Source of the DNA: the human T2T-CHM13v2.0 reference genome, Homo sapiens
DNA length: 64,000 nucleotides
Strand: one strand, 5' to 3'
Assembly (NCBI RefSeq): GCF_009914755.1
Contig: NC_060941.1
Notes under the pieces: generated by a model
Database searches by the model: none
The model's input: only the letters and a program-made list of their open reading frames with translations
Told to the model about the DNA's origin: nothing
Program-made: the position numbers and the translations under genes
In this document: positions 26,436-41,700 of the stretch, piece after piece
How positions within the stretch are numbered: position 1 is the first letter of the stretch
How the letters are laid out: every line of letters begins with the position of its first letter

Positions 26436-27845
26436 CATTCCATTCCAGTTGATTGAATTCCATTCTATTCCATTCCATGCCATTTCATTCCATTCCATTC
26501 CATTCCAGTTGATTCAATTCCATTCTATTTCATGTCATTCCATTCCATTGCATTCCACTCGATTACATTCCATTCCATTCCACTCCAGATGTTTCAATTC
26601 CATTCTATTCCATTCCATTCCATTCCCATCCATTTCAGTTGATTCAAATCCTTTCCTTTCCATTCCATTCCATTCCATTCCATTCCATTCCATTCCATTC
26701 CATTCCATTCCATTCCAGTTGATTCAATTCCATTCTATTCCTTTCCATTCAATTAAATTCGATTCCATTCTATTCCATTCCATTCCATTCCAATCCATTC
26801 CATTCCAATGCATTCCTTTCCATTCCATGCCATTCCACTCAGGTTGATTCAATTCCATTCTATTCCATTCCATTCCATTCCATTCCATTCCATTCCATGC
26901 CATTCCATTCCATTCCAGTTGATTAAATTCCATTATATTCCATTCCATGCCATTCCTTTCCAGTTGAATCCATTCCATTCTATTCCATTCCATTCCACAC
27001 GGGTTGATTAAATTCCATTCCATTCCATTCCATTCCATTCCATTCCATTCCATTCCATTCCATTCCAATTGATTCAATTCCATTCTATTTCACGTCACTC
27101 CATTCCATTGCATTCCTTTGGTTTCCATTCCATTCCATTCCACTCCACATGATTCAATTCCATTCCATTCCATTCCATTCCATTCCATTCCATTCCATTC
27201 CATTCCATTCCATTCCATTCCATTCCATTCCATTCCGTTCCATTCCAATCCATTCCAGTTGATTCCATTCCATTCCATTCCATTCCATTCCATTCCAGTT
27301 GATTCAATTCCATTGAATTCCATTCCATTCTATTCCATTCCATTAAATTCCGTTCCATTCCAATGCATTCCATTCCATTACGCCATGCCACTCAGGTTGA
27401 TTCAATTCCATTCTATTCCATTCCATTCTATTCCATTCCATTCCATTGCATTCCATTCCAATCGGGTTGATTCAATTCCGTTCCATTCCATTCCATTCCA
27501 TTCCATTCCATTCCATTCCATTCCATTCCATTCCAGCTTATTCAATTCCTTTCTATTCCATTCAATGCCATTCGATTCCATTCCATTCCATTCCAGTTGA
27601 ATCCATTATATTGCATTACATGCCATTCCACTCAGGTTGATTCCATTCCGTTCTATTCCATTCCATTCCATTCCATTCCATTCCATTCCATTCCATTCTG
27701 TTCCATTCCACTCGTGTTGATTCTATTCCATTCAATTGCATTCCATTCCATTCTAATCCATTCCATTCCATTCCATTCCAGTCCAGTTGATTCATATCCG
27801 TTCTATTCCATTCCATTCCTTTGCATTCCATTCCATTCCATTCCA

Positions 27846-28040
27846 TTCCATTCCTTTCCTTTCCATGCGAGTTGATACAATTCCATTCTATTCTTTTCCA
27901 TTCCATTCCATTCCATTCCATTCCATTCCATTCCATTCCATTCCATTCCTTTCCTTTCCATGCGAGTTGATACAATTCCATTCTATTCTTTTCCATTCCA
28001 TTCCATTCCATTCCATTCCATTCCATTCCATTCCATTCCA
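27846..28040 (-). repeat. 95-bp tandem duplication
   Basis: TGCGAGTTGATACAATTCCATTCTATTCTTTTCC occurs at 27866 and 27961. Confidence 0.9.
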
Positions 28041-31000
28041 CTCGGGTTGATTCCATTCAATTCCATTACATTCCATTCCACTCGGTTTGATTCCATTCCA
28101 TTTAATTCCCTTCCATTTCATTCCATTCCTTTCCTTTCCATTCCAGTTGATACAATTCCTTTCTATTCCATTCCATTCCACTCCATTCCATTCCAGTTGA
28201 TTCCATTCCATTGCTTTCCATTCCATTCCATTCCATTCCATTCCATTCCATTCCATTCCATTCCACTCGTGTTGATTCCATTCCATTCCATTCCATTCCC
28301 TTCCATTCCAATCTGTTCCATTCCATTCCATTCCATTCCATTCCATTCCATTCCATTCCATTCCATTCCATTCCACTCGGGTTGATTCCATTCCATTCCA
28401 TTCCATTCCATTCCATTCCATTCCATTCCATTCCATTCCAGAAGGGTTGATTTCCTTGCATTCCATTCGAATCCATTCCATTCCATTCCATTCCATTCCA
28501 TTCCATTCAATTCCATTCCACTCATGTTGATTCCATTCCATTCCATTCCATTCCATTCCATTCCATTCCATTACTGTTGATTCAATTCTATTCTATTCCA
28601 TTCAATTCCATTCCATTCCACTCGATTCCCTTAAATTCCATTCCATTCCATTCCATACACTTCCATTCCATTCCATTCCATTCCATTCCACTGGGGTGTT
28701 TCAAATCCATTCTATTGCATTCCATTCCATTGCATTCCAATCCCCTCGGATTCATTCAATTCCATTCCATTCCATTCCATTCCATTCCACTCCATTCCAT
28801 TCCATTCCATTCCACTTGGGTTGATTCCATTCCATTCCTTTCCATTCCATTTCATTCCATTCCATACTGTTTCATTCCACTCTGGTTCATTCCATTTCAT
28901 TCAATTCCATTCCATTCCATTCCATTCCATTCCAATCCATTCCATTCCATTCCATTCCATTCAACTCGGATTGATTCAATTCCATTCTATTCCATTCCAT
29001 TCCATTCAACTACATTCCATTCCCCTCTTTTAGATTCCATGACATTCCATTCCATTCCATTCCAATCTCTTCCACTCGGGTTGATTCCATTCCATTCCAT
29101 GCCTTTAGAATACATTCCATTCCTTTCCATTCCATTCCAGTTTATTCAATTCAACTCAATTTTATCCAATTGCATTCCATTCCACTCCATTCCTTTCCTT
29201 TCCATTACACTTGATTCCATTCCATTCCATTCCATTCCATTCCATTCCACTTGATTCAATTCCATTCTATTCCATTCAGTTCCATTCCATTCCATTCCAT
29301 GCCATTCCAATTCATTCCATTCCATTCCATTCCATTCAATTCCAATCCATTCCTCTCGTGTTGATTCCATTCCATTTCATTCCATTCCATTCCAATCCAT
29401 TCCACTCCATTCCATTCAACTCCACTCGTATTGATTCAATTACATTCTATTCCATTCCAATCCATTCCATTCCATTCCATTCCATTCAACTCGGGTTGAT
29501 TCAATTCCATTCCAATCCATTTCATTCTATTTCATTCCAATCCACTCCATTCCATTCCACTCGGGTTGATTCCATTTCAATCCACTCCAATCCATTCCAT
29601 TCCATCAAATTCCATTCCCTCCCAATCCATTCCATTCCATTCCAGCTGATTCAATTCCATTCCATTCCATTGGGGTTGATTCCATTCCATTCCCTTCGAT
29701 TCCATTCCATTACATTCCATTCCAATTGATTCCATTCCATTCCATTCCATTCCATTCCATTCCATTCCATTCCAATCAGGTTGATTCCATTCCATTCCAT
29801 TCCATTCCATTCGATTCCATTCCTTGGCATTCCATTCCACTCCAGTTGATTAAATTTCATTCTAATCCATGTCATTCCATTCCAATCCATTCCATTCCCT
29901 TCCACTCCATTCCACTCCAGATGTTTCAATTTCATTCTGTTCCATTGCATCGCATTCCATTCCATTCCATTCCATTCCAGTTGATTCAATTCTATTCTAT
30001 TTCATTCCATTCCATTCCATTCCATTCCACTCCATTCCATTCTTTTACAATCTGGTTGTTTCAATTCTATTCCATGCTGTTCCATTCCATTCCACTCCAT
30101 TCCATTCCATTCCATTCCAGTTGATTGAATTCCATTCTATTCCATTCCATGCCATTTCATTCCATTCCATTCCATTCCAGTTGATTCAATTCCATTCTAT
30201 TTCATGTCATTCCATTCCATTGCATTCCACTCGATTACATTCCATTCCATTCCACTCCAGATGTTTCAATTCCATTCTATTCCATTCCATTCCATTCCCA
30301 TCCATTTCAGTTGATTCAAATCCTTTCCTTTCCATTCCATTCCATTCCATTCCATTCCATTCCATTCCATTCCATTCCAGATGATTCAATTCCATTCTAT
30401 TCCTTTCCATTCAATTAAATTCGATTCCATTCTATTCCATTCCATTCCATTCCAATCCATTCCATTCCAATGCATTCCTTTCCATTCCATGCCATTCCAC
30501 TCAGGTTGATTCAATTCCATTCTATTCCATTCCATTCCATTCCATTCCATGCCATTCCATTCCATTCCAGTTGATTAAATTCCATTATATTCCATTCCAT
30601 GCCATTCCTTTCCATTCCATTCCATTCCAGTTGAATCCATTCCATTCTATTCCATTCCATTCCACACGGGTTGATTAAATTCCATTCCATTCCATTCCAT
30701 TCCATTCCATTCCATTCCATTCCATTCCAATTGATTCAATTCCATTCTATTTCATGTCACTCCATTCCATTGCATTCCTTTGGTTTCCATTCCATTCCAT
30801 TCCACTCCACATGATTCCATTCCATTCCATTCCATTCCATTCCATTCCATTCCATTCCAATCCATTCCAGTTGATTCAATTCCATTCTATTCCATTCCAT
30901 TCCATTCCATTCCATTCCATTCCATTCCAGTTGATTCAATTCCATTGAATTCCATTCCATTCTATTCCATTCCATTAAATTCCGTTCCATTCCATTGCAT

Positions 31001-32665
31001 TCCATTCCATTACGCCATGCCACTCAGGTTGATTCAATTCCATTCTATTCCATTCCATTCTATTCCATTCCATTCCATTGCATTCCATTCCAATCGGGTT
31101 GATTCCATTCCATTCCATTCCATTCCATTCCATTCCATTCCATTCCATTCCATTCCAGCTTATTCAATTCCTTTCTATTCCATTCAATGCCATTCGATTC
31201 CATTCCATTCCATTCCAGTTGAATCCATTATATTGCATTACATGCCATTCCACTCAGGTTGATTCCATTCCGTTCTATTCCATTCCATTCCATTCCATTC
31301 TGTTTCATTCCACTCATGTTGATTCTATTCCATTCAATTGCATTCCATTCCATTCCAATCCATTCCATTCCATTCCATTCCATTCCAGTCCAGTTGATTC
31401 ATATCCGTTCTATTCCATTCTATTTCTTTGCGTTCCATTCCATTCCATTCCATTCCTTTCCTTTCCATGCGAGTTGATACAATTCCATTCTATTCTTTTC
31501 CATTCCATTCCATTCCATTCCATTCCATTCCACTCGGGTTGATTCCATTCAATTCCATTACATTCCATGCCACTCGGTTTGATTCCATTCCATTTAATTC
31601 CCTTCCATTTCATTCCATTCCTTTCCTTTCCATTCCAGTTGATACAATTCCTTTCTATTCCATTCCATTCCACTCCATTCCATTCCAGTTGATTCCATTC
31701 CATTGCTTTCCATTCCATTCCATTCCATTCCATTCCATTCCATTCCATTCCACTCGTGTTGATTCCATTCCATTCCATTCCATTCCCTTCCATTCCAATC
31801 TGTTCCATTCCATTCCATTCCATTCCATTCCATTCCATTACATTCCACTCGGGTTGATTCCATTCCATTCCATTCCATTCCATTCCATTCCATTCCATTC
31901 CATTCCATTCCACAAGGGTTGATTTCCTTGCATTCCATTCGAATCCATTCCATTCCATTCCATTCCATTCCATTCCATTCCATTCCATTCAATTCCATTC
32001 CACTCATGTTGATTCCATTCCATTCCATTCCATTCCATTCCATTCCATTCCATTCCATTCTATTCCAATCGGGTTGATTCCATTCCATTCCATTCCATTC
32101 CATTCACTTCTATTCCATTCCATTCCATTCCAGTTGATTCCATTCCATTCCACTCCATTGCATTCCAGTTGATTGAATAACATTCTATTCAATTCAATTC
32201 CATTCGATTCCACTCCATTCCATTCAATTCCATTCCATTCCACTCGGTTTGATACCATTCCATTCCATTCCATTCCATTCCATTCCAATCCATTCCATTC
32301 CATTCCACTCGGGTTGATTCCATTTCATTCCATTCCACTCCATTCCATTCCATTCCATTCCATTCCATTCTATTCCATTCCATTCCATTCCATTCCAGTT
32401 GATTCCATTCCATTCCATTCAATTCCATTCTGTTCCACTCGAGTATATTCCATTCCATTCCATTCCATTCCTTTCCAATCCATTCCATTGCTTTCCATTC
32501 CAATTAATTCCACTCGGATTGATTCCATTCCATTCCATTGCATTCCATTCCATTCCATTCCAGTTGATTCAAATGCATTCTATTCCATCAGTTTCCATTC
32601 CATTCAATTCCTTTCCATTCCAGTTGGTTTGATTCTATTCCATTCCATTACATTGCATTCCATTT

Positions 32666-32695
32666 CATTACATTATATTACATTACATTACATTA
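32666..32695 (-). repeat. (CATTA)6 tract with one TATTA variant (TGTAA-type on -)
   Basis: CATTA CATTA TATTA CATTA CATTA CATTA. Confidence 0.85.
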
Positions 32696-35600
32696 CATTG
32701 CAGTTGAATCATTTCGTTTCTATTCCATTCCATTCCATTAATTTTAATTCCATTCCATTCCATTCCATTCGACTCAGATTGATTCAATTCAATTCCATTC
32801 CATTCCAGTCGACTCCATTCCATTCCATTCCATTCCATTCCACTCGGTTTGGTTCCATTCCATTCCATTCCATTCCATTCCATTCCATTCCATTCCATTC
32901 CAGTTTATTCCATTCCATTCTATTCTATTCCATTCCATTCGAATCCATTCCATTCAACACGGATGGATTCAATTCCATTCTATTCCATTCCATTCCATTC
33001 CATTCCATTCCATTCCTTTCCCTTCCATTCCATTCCACTCGGGTTGATTCCATTCCATTCCATTCCATTCCTTTCCTTTCCATTCCATTGCATTCCATCC
33101 TATTCCATTCCATTCCATTCCATTCCATTCCATTCCATTCCGTTCCATTGCACTAGTTTTGTTTCCGTTCCAGTCCATTCCATTCCATTCAAGTCCATTC
33201 CATTCCACTCCATTCCACTAGGATTGATTCAATTCCATTCTATTCCATTCCATTCCATTCCTTTCCATTCCATTACAATGCATTCCACTCAAGTTGATTC
33301 CATTCCATTCCATTCCATTCCATTGCATTCCATTCCATTTCACTCCATTCCATTCCGTTCCACTCGTGTTGATTCCATTCCGTTCCATTCCATTCCAACA
33401 TTCCATTCCATTCCATTCCATTCCAATCCATTCCATTCCATTCCATTCCATTCCATTCCATTCCATTCCATTCCATTCCACTGGGGTTGGTTCCATTGCT
33501 TTCCATTCCATTCCATACCATTCCATTCCATTCCAGTTGATGCAAATACATTCTAATCTATTCAATTCCATTCCATTCCACTCCATTCCCTTTCATTCTA
33601 TTCCATTCCATTGCATTCCATTCCATTCCAGTTGATTCAATACCATTCTATTCCATGCAATTCCATTCGATTCCACTCCATTCCATTCCATTCCATTCAA
33701 TTCCTTTCCACGGGAGTTGATACAATTCCATTCTATTCCTTTCCTTTCAATTCCATTCCATTCCATTCCACTCTGGTTGATTCCATTCCATTCCATGCCA
33801 TTCTATTCCACTCGGTTTGATTCCTTTCCATTCCATTCCCTTCCATTTCATTCCATTGCTTTCCTTTCCATTCCAATTGATACAATTCCATTCTATTCCA
33901 TTCCATTCCATTCCATTCCATTCTAGTTGATTCCATTCCATTCCTTTTGATTCCATTCCATTCCATTCCATTCCAATCCATTCCATTCCATTCCATTCTA
34001 TTCCATTCCATTCAATTCGACTTGTGTTGATTCCATTCTATTCCGTTCCATTCCATTCCATTCCATTCCATTCCATTCCATTCCATTCCACTCGGGTTGA
34101 TTCCATTCCATTCCAGTCCATTCCATTCCACTCGGATGGATTCAATTCCATTCCATTCCATTCCATTGCATTCCACTAGGGTTGTTTCCATTCCATTCCA
34201 TTCCATTCCATTTCATTCCATTCCATTCCATTCCATTCCATTAAATTCCACTAGGGTGGATTCCATTGCATTCTATTCCAATCCATTCCATTCCTTTCCA
34301 TTCCTTTCCACTGGGGTTGATTCCATTCCATTTCATTCCTTTCCATTTCATTCCATTCCATTACTCTGGGGTTGATTCAATTCCGTTCTATTCCATGCCA
34401 TTCCTTTCCATTCCATTGCATTCCATTCGATTCCATTCCATTCCATTCCATTAGTGTAAATTCAAATCCATTCTATTCCATTCCTTTCCATTCCATTCAA
34501 TTCCACTCGTGCTGATTCAATTCCATTCCATTCCATTCTATTCCCTTCCATTCCATTCCATTCCATTTCACTCGGGTTCACTCCATTCCATTCCATTCCA
34601 TTCCAGTTGATTCAATTCCATTCTATTACATGTCATTCCATTCTATTCCATTATTTTCCATTCCATTCCATTCCATTCTATTCCAGATTATTCAATTCCA
34701 TACTATTCCATTCCAGTACATTCCATTCCATTCCATTCCATTCCATTTCATTCCATTGCATTCGAGTTTCTTCCATTCCATTCCATTCCATTCCATTCCA
34801 TTACATTCCGTTGAATTCCATTCCGTTCCATTCCATTCCACTTGCTTTGTTTCCATTCCATTCCATCCCATTCCATTCCATTCCATTCCATTCCATTCCA
34901 TTCCATTGCATTCCATTACATTACATTGCATTCCAGTTCTTTCAATTCCATTCTGTTCCATTTGGATCCATTCCATTCCATTCCATTCAATTCCATTCCT
35001 TAACATTCCAGGTGATTCAATTCCATTCTGTTCCATTCCATTCCATTCCATACAATTCCATTCCATTCCATTCCAATTGATTCCATTCCATTCCCTTCCT
35101 ATCCATTGCATTCCATTCCATTCCATTACATTCCACTCCACTCCGATTGATACAATTCCATTCTATTCCATTCCATTCCATTCCATTTAAATCCATTCCA
35201 TTCCATTCCATTCCATTCCACTTGGGTTGAATTCATTCCACTCCATTCCATTCTATTCCATTCCATACCGTTCCATTCAACTCTTATTGTATCCATTCCA
35301 TTCCATTCCAATCCATTCCATTCCAATCCATTCCATTCCATTCCATTACACACGAATTGATACAATTCCATTTTATTCCATTCCTTTCCATTTCATTCCT
35401 CTCCATTCCCTTACATTCCGTTCCACTCAGGTAGATTCCATTTCATTCCATTCCGTTCTATTCCATTCCAATCCATTCCATTCCATTCCATTCCATTCCA
35501 TTCCATTCTTTTCCATTCCATTCCATTTCCACTCGGATTGATTCCATTCCATTCAATTCCATTCCAAGTGGATTGATTCCATTCCATTCCATTCCATTCC

Positions 35601-35950
35601 ATTCCATTCCATTCTAGTTGATTCAAATCCATTCTATTGCATGCCATTCCATTCCATTCCATTCCTTTCCATTCCACTAGGTTTGATTCCATTCCATTCT
35701 ATTGCATTGCATTGCATTACATTCCAAGTGATACAATTCCATTCTATTCGATTCCATTCCATTCCATTCCAGTTGATTCCATTCCATTCCATTCCATTCC
35801 ATTCCATTCCATTCCACTCGTGTTGATTCCATTCTATTCCATTCCATTGCATTTCATTCCATTCCATTTCATTCCATTCCATTCCGTTCCATTCCATTCC
35901 ACTTGGGTTGATTCCATTCCATTCCAGTCCATTCCATTCCACTCGGATGG

Positions 35951-36034
35951 ATTCCATTCCATTCCATTCCATTCCATTCCATTCCATTCCATTCCATTCC
36001 ATTCCATTCCATTCCATTCCATTCCATTCCATTC
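35951..36034 (-). repeat. Longest pure (ATTCC)n run noticed, 16 units
   Basis: Sixteen uninterrupted ATTCC units. Comparable runs lie at 14241-14310 (14 units) and 27161-27235 (15 units). Confidence 0.8.
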
Positions 36035-38789
36035 GGGTTGATTCCATTCCATTCCATTCCATTACATTCCATTCCACTCGGATTGATAGAATTCCATTCT
36101 ATTCCATTCCATTCCATTCCGTTTAATTCCATTCCATTCCATTCCACTCTACTCGGGTTCATTCAATTCCATTCTATTCCATTGCATTCCATTCCATTCC
36201 ATTCCATTCCATTCCAAATCATTCCACTCCATTCGGGTTCACTCAATTCCCTTCTATTCATTTCCATTCCATTCCTTTCCATTGCATTCCATTCCATTCC
36301 TTTCCATTCCATTCCATTCCACTCGAATTGATTCATTTCCGTTCCATTCCTTTCCATTCCACTCCACTCCATTCCAATCCATTCAATTCCACTCCACTCT
36401 GTTTGATTCCATTCCATTCCACTCCATTCCATTCCAGTTGATTCAATTCCAAACTATTGTATTCTTTTCCATTCTATTTGATTCCATTCCATTCCATTCC
36501 TCTCGGATCGATTCCATACCATTCCATTCCATTCCGTTCCATTCCATTCATGTTGTTTCCATTCCATTCCATTCCATTCCATTCCATTCGAATTCATTCC
36601 ATTCCTCTCCATGTCACTGGGATTGATTCAATTCCATTCTAACCCATTCCATTCCACTCCATTACATTCGATAACATTACATTCCACTCAGTTTGATTCA
36701 ACTCCATTCCATTCCATTCCATTCCATTCCTTTCTATTACACGGCGGTTGATTCCATTCCATTCCCTTCCATTCCATTACACTCGAATGGATTCAATTCC
36801 ATTCTGTTCCATTCCATTCCATTCCATTCCATTCCATTCCGTTCCATTCTATTCCATTCCACTCGGGTTGATTCCATTCCATTCCATTCCATTCCATTCC
36901 ATTCCATTCCATTCCATTCCACTAAGGTTGATTTCCTTGCATTCCATTCGAATCCATTCCATTCCATTCCATTCCATTCCACTTGGGTTGATTCCATTCC
37001 ATTCCATTCCATTCCATTCCACTAGGGTTGATTTCCTTGCATTCCATTCGAATGATTCCATTCCATTCCATTCCATTCCACTCGGGTTGATTCCATTCCA
37101 TTTCATTCATTTCCATTCCATTCCATTCCATTCCATTGCATTCCTTTCCATTCCATTACACTCGGGTTGATTCAATTCCATTCTATTCCAATCCATTCCG
37201 TTCCATTCCATTCCACTCGGGTTGATACCAGTCCATTCCATTCCATTCCATTCCATTCCATTCCATTCCATTCGATTTCAGTTGATTCTATTCATTTCTA
37301 TTAGATTCAATGCCATTCCATTCCATTCCATTACATTCCAGTTGAATCCGTTATATTCCATTCCATTCCATTCCACTCGGGTTCATTCCATTCTGTTGTA
37401 TTCCATTCCATTCCATTCTATTCCATACCATTCCATTCCATTGCATTCCACTCGGGTTGATTCCATTCCATTCCATTCCATTCCATTCTATTCCTTTCCA
37501 CGCGAGTTGATACAATTCCATTCTCTTCCTTTCCTTTCAATTCCATTCCATTCCATTCCACTCTGGTTGTTTCCATTCCATTCCATGCCGTTCTATTCCA
37601 CTCGGTGTGATTCCTTTCCATTCCATTCCCTTCCATTTCAATCTATTGCTTTCCTTTCCATTCCAATTAATACAATTCCATACTATTCGATTCCATTCCT
37701 TTCCATTCCATTCCATTCCATTCCATTGCATTCCATTCCATTCCATTCCACTCGGGTTGATTCCATTCCATTCCAGTCCATTCCATTCCACTCGGATGGG
37801 TTCCGTTCCATTCCATTCCATTCCATTCCATTCCATTCCATTCCATTCCATTCCATTCCATTCCACCTGGGTTGATTCCATTCCATTCCATTCCATTCCA
37901 TTCCATTCCATTCCATTCCACTCCACTCAGGTTGATTCCATTCCATTCCATTCCATTCCATTCCATTCCATTCCATTCCATTCCATTCCATTCCTTTCCA
38001 TTCCATTCCATTCCATTCCATTCCGTTCCATTGCACTAGTTTTGTTTCCATTCCAGTCCATTCCATTCCATTCAAATCCATTCCATTCCAATCCATTCCA
38101 CTAGGATTGATTCAATTCCATTCTATTCCATTCCATTCCATTCCTTTCCATTCCATTACAATGAATTCCACTCAAGTTGATTCTATTCCATTCCATTCCA
38201 TTCCATTGCATTCCATTCCATTGCACTCCATTCCATTCCGTTCCACTGGTGTTGATTCCATTCCGTTCCATTCCATTCCAATACATTCAATTCCATTCCA
38301 TTCCATTCCAATCCATTCCATTCCAGTCGATTCCATTCCACTGGGGTTGGTTCCATTGCATTCCATTCCATTCCATACTATTCCATTCCATTCCAGTTGC
38401 TGGAAATACATTCTATTCGATTCAATTCCATTCCATTCCAGTCCGTTCCCCTCCATTCTATTCCATTCCATTGCATTCCATTCCATTCCAGTTGATTCAA
38501 TACCATTCTATTCCATGCAATTCCATTCGATTCCACTCCATTCCGTTTCATTTCATTCCACTCGGGTAGATTCCATTCCATTTCGTTCCATTCCATTCCA
38601 TTCTATTCCTTTCCAGTTGATTCCCTTCCATTCCATTCCATTATATTCCACTCGGGTTGTTTCCATCGCATTCCATTCCATTCCATTCCATTCTATTCCA
38701 TTCCACTCCAGTTGAATCAATTTGATTCTATTCCATATCATTCCATTCCATTCCTTTCCATACCATTCCATTCCATTCCATTCCATTCC

Positions 38790-41700
38790 ATTCCATTCCA
38801 TTCCAGCTTATTCAATTCCTTTCTATTCCATTCAATGCCATTCCATTCCATTCCATTCCATTCTAGTTGAATCCATTATATTGCATTCCATTCCATTCCA
38901 CTCGGGTTGATTCCATTCCGTTCTATTCCATTCAACTCCATTCCATTCCATTCCATTCCATTCCATTCCATTCCATTCAATTCCTTTCCACGTGAGTTGA
39001 TACAATTCCATTCTATTCCTTCCCTTTCAATTCCATTCCATTCCATTCCACTCTGGTTGATTCTATTCTATTCCATGCCATTCTATTCTACTCGGTTTGA
39101 TTCCTTTCCATTCCATTCCCTTCCATTTCATTCCATTGTTTTCCTTTCCATTCCAATTGATACATTTCCATTATATTCCATTCCATTCCATTCCATTCCA
39201 TTCCATTCCATTCCATTCCAGTTGATTCCATTCCATTCCTTTCGATTCCATTCCATTCCATTCCATTCTATTCCATTCCATTCCATTCCACTCGTGTTGA
39301 TTCCATTCTATTCCGATCCATTCCATTCCATTCCATTGCATACCTTTCCATTCCACTCAGATTGATTGAATTCCAATCTATTTCATTCCTTTCCATTCCA
39401 TTCCACTCGGGTTGATTCCATTCCATTCCATTCCTTACAATTCAAATCCATTCCGTTTCATTTGATTCAATTCCATTCTATTCCATTTCACTCGAATCCA
39501 TTCCATTCCATTCCATTCCAATCCATTCCATTCCTTTCCACTCTGTTTGATTCCATTCCATTCCTTGCCATTCGCTTCCATTCCATCCCATTCCACTGTA
39601 GTTGATTCCATTCTATTCCATTCCATTCCTTTCAGTTCCACTCCATTCGATTCCACTCGTGTTGATTCCATTCCATTCCATTCCATTGCATTCCATTCCA
39701 TTCCAGTTGATTCAATTCAATTCTATTCCATTCCATTCCATTTCATTCCATTTCATTCCATTCCATTCCATTTCATTCCATTTCATTCCATTCCATTGCA
39801 CTCGGGTTGATTCAGTTCTATTCCATTTCATTAAATTCCATTCCACTTGGGTTGATTCAATTCCATTCTATTCCGTTCCATCACACTCCATTCCATTACA
39901 TTCTATTCCATTCCATTCCATTCCATTCCATTCCATTCCATTGCATTACAGTTGATTCCATTCCCTTCCATTCCATTCTATTCCATTCAATTCCATTCGA
40001 GTCCAGTTGATTCAATTCCATTCTATTCCACTCCATTCTATTCCATTTCATTACATTAAATTCCATTCCACTAGGCTTGATTCAATTCTATTCCATTCCT
40101 TTCCATTCCATTCCATTCCACTCGAATTGATTCATTTCCATTCCATTCCTTTCCATTACACTCCACTCCATTCCATTCCATTCCATTCCACTCCACTCTG
40201 TTTAATTCCATTCCATTCCACTCCATTCCATTCCAGTTGATTCAATTCCATACTATTGTATTCTTTTCTTTTCTATTTGATTCCATTCCATTCCATTCCT
40301 CTCGGATGGATTCCATACCATTCCATTCCATTCCGTTCCATTCCATTCGTGTTGTTTCCATTCCATTACATTCCATTCCATTCGAATTCATTCCATTCCT
40401 CTCCATGTCACTCGGATTGATTCAATTCCATTCTAACCCATTCCATTCCACTCCATTATATTCGATAACATTACATTCCACTCAGTTTGATTCAACTCCA
40501 TTCCATTCCATTCCATTCCATTCCATTCCATTCCATTCCATTCCTTTCTATTATACGGCGGTTGATTCCATTCCATTCCCTTCCATTCCATTACACTCGA
40601 ATGGATTCAATTCCATTCTGTTCCATTCCATTCCATTCCATTCCATTCCAATCCATTCCATTCCACTCGGTTTGATTCCATTCCATTCCATTCCATTCCA
40701 TTCCACTAGGGTTGATTTCCTTGCATTCCATTCCATTCCATTCCATTCCATTCCATTCCATTCCATTCCACTCGGGTTGATTCCATTCCATTCTATTCCA
40801 ATCCATTCCGTTCCATTCCATTCCACTCGGGTTGATACCAGTCCATTCCATTCCATTCCATTCCATTCGATTTCAGTTGATTCTATTCATTTCTATTCGA
40901 TTCAATGCCATTCCATTCTATTCCATTACATTCCAGATGAATCCGTTATATTCCATTCCATTCCATTCCATTCCACTCGAGTTCATTCCATTCTGTTGTA
41001 TTCCATTGCATTCCATTGCATTCCATTCCATTCCATTCCATTCCATTCCATTCCATTCCATTCCATTCCATTCTATTCCATACCATTCCATTCCATTGCA
41101 TTCCACTCGGGTTGATTCTATTCCATTCTGTTCCATTCCATTCCATTCCACTCCATTCCATTCCATCGCATTCCACTCGGGTTGATTCAATTCCATTCTA
41201 TTCCATTCCATTCCATTCCTTTCCACGCGAGTTGATACAATTCCATTCTACTCCTTTCTTTTCAATTCCATTCCATTCCATTCCACTCTGGTTGATTCCA
41301 TTCCATTCCATGCCATTCTATTCCACTCGGTTTGATTCCTTTCCATTCCATTCCCTTCCATTTCATTCCATTGCTTTCCTTTCCATTCCAAGTGATACAA
41401 TTCCATTCTATTCGATTCCATTCCATTCCATTCCAGTAGATTCCATTGCATTCCTTTCGATTCCATTCCATTCCATTCCATTGCATTCCATTCCATTCCA
41501 ATAGTGTTGATTCCATTCCATTCCATTCCATTCCATTCCATTCCATTCCATTCCATTCCACTCGGGTTGATTCCATTCCATTCCAGTCCATTCCATTCCA
41601 CTCGGATGGATTCCATTCCATTCCATTCCATTCCATTCCATTCGGGTTGATTCCATTCCATTCCATTCCATTCCATTCCATTCCATTCCATTCCATTCCA

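Larger units (their letters stand above)
24824..32058 (-). repeat. Tandem duplication: copy 1 ~24824-28570 (~3.75 kb), copy 2 ~28571-32058 (~3.5 kb)
   Basis: Collinear markers: TTACTGTTGATTCAATTCTATTCT (24824/28571), CTGGGGTGTTTCAAATCC (~24959/~28691), TAGATTCCATGAC (25324/29031), TACGCCATGCCACTCAGG (~27379/~31011), AAGGGTTGATTTCCTTGC (~28442/~31914). Confidence 0.92.

Noticed and set aside
24824-32058. DYZ1 (Yq12) 3.6-kb unit
   Set aside because: Only the size is similar; there are two copies rather than a long homogeneous array, and no sequence comparison was possible.
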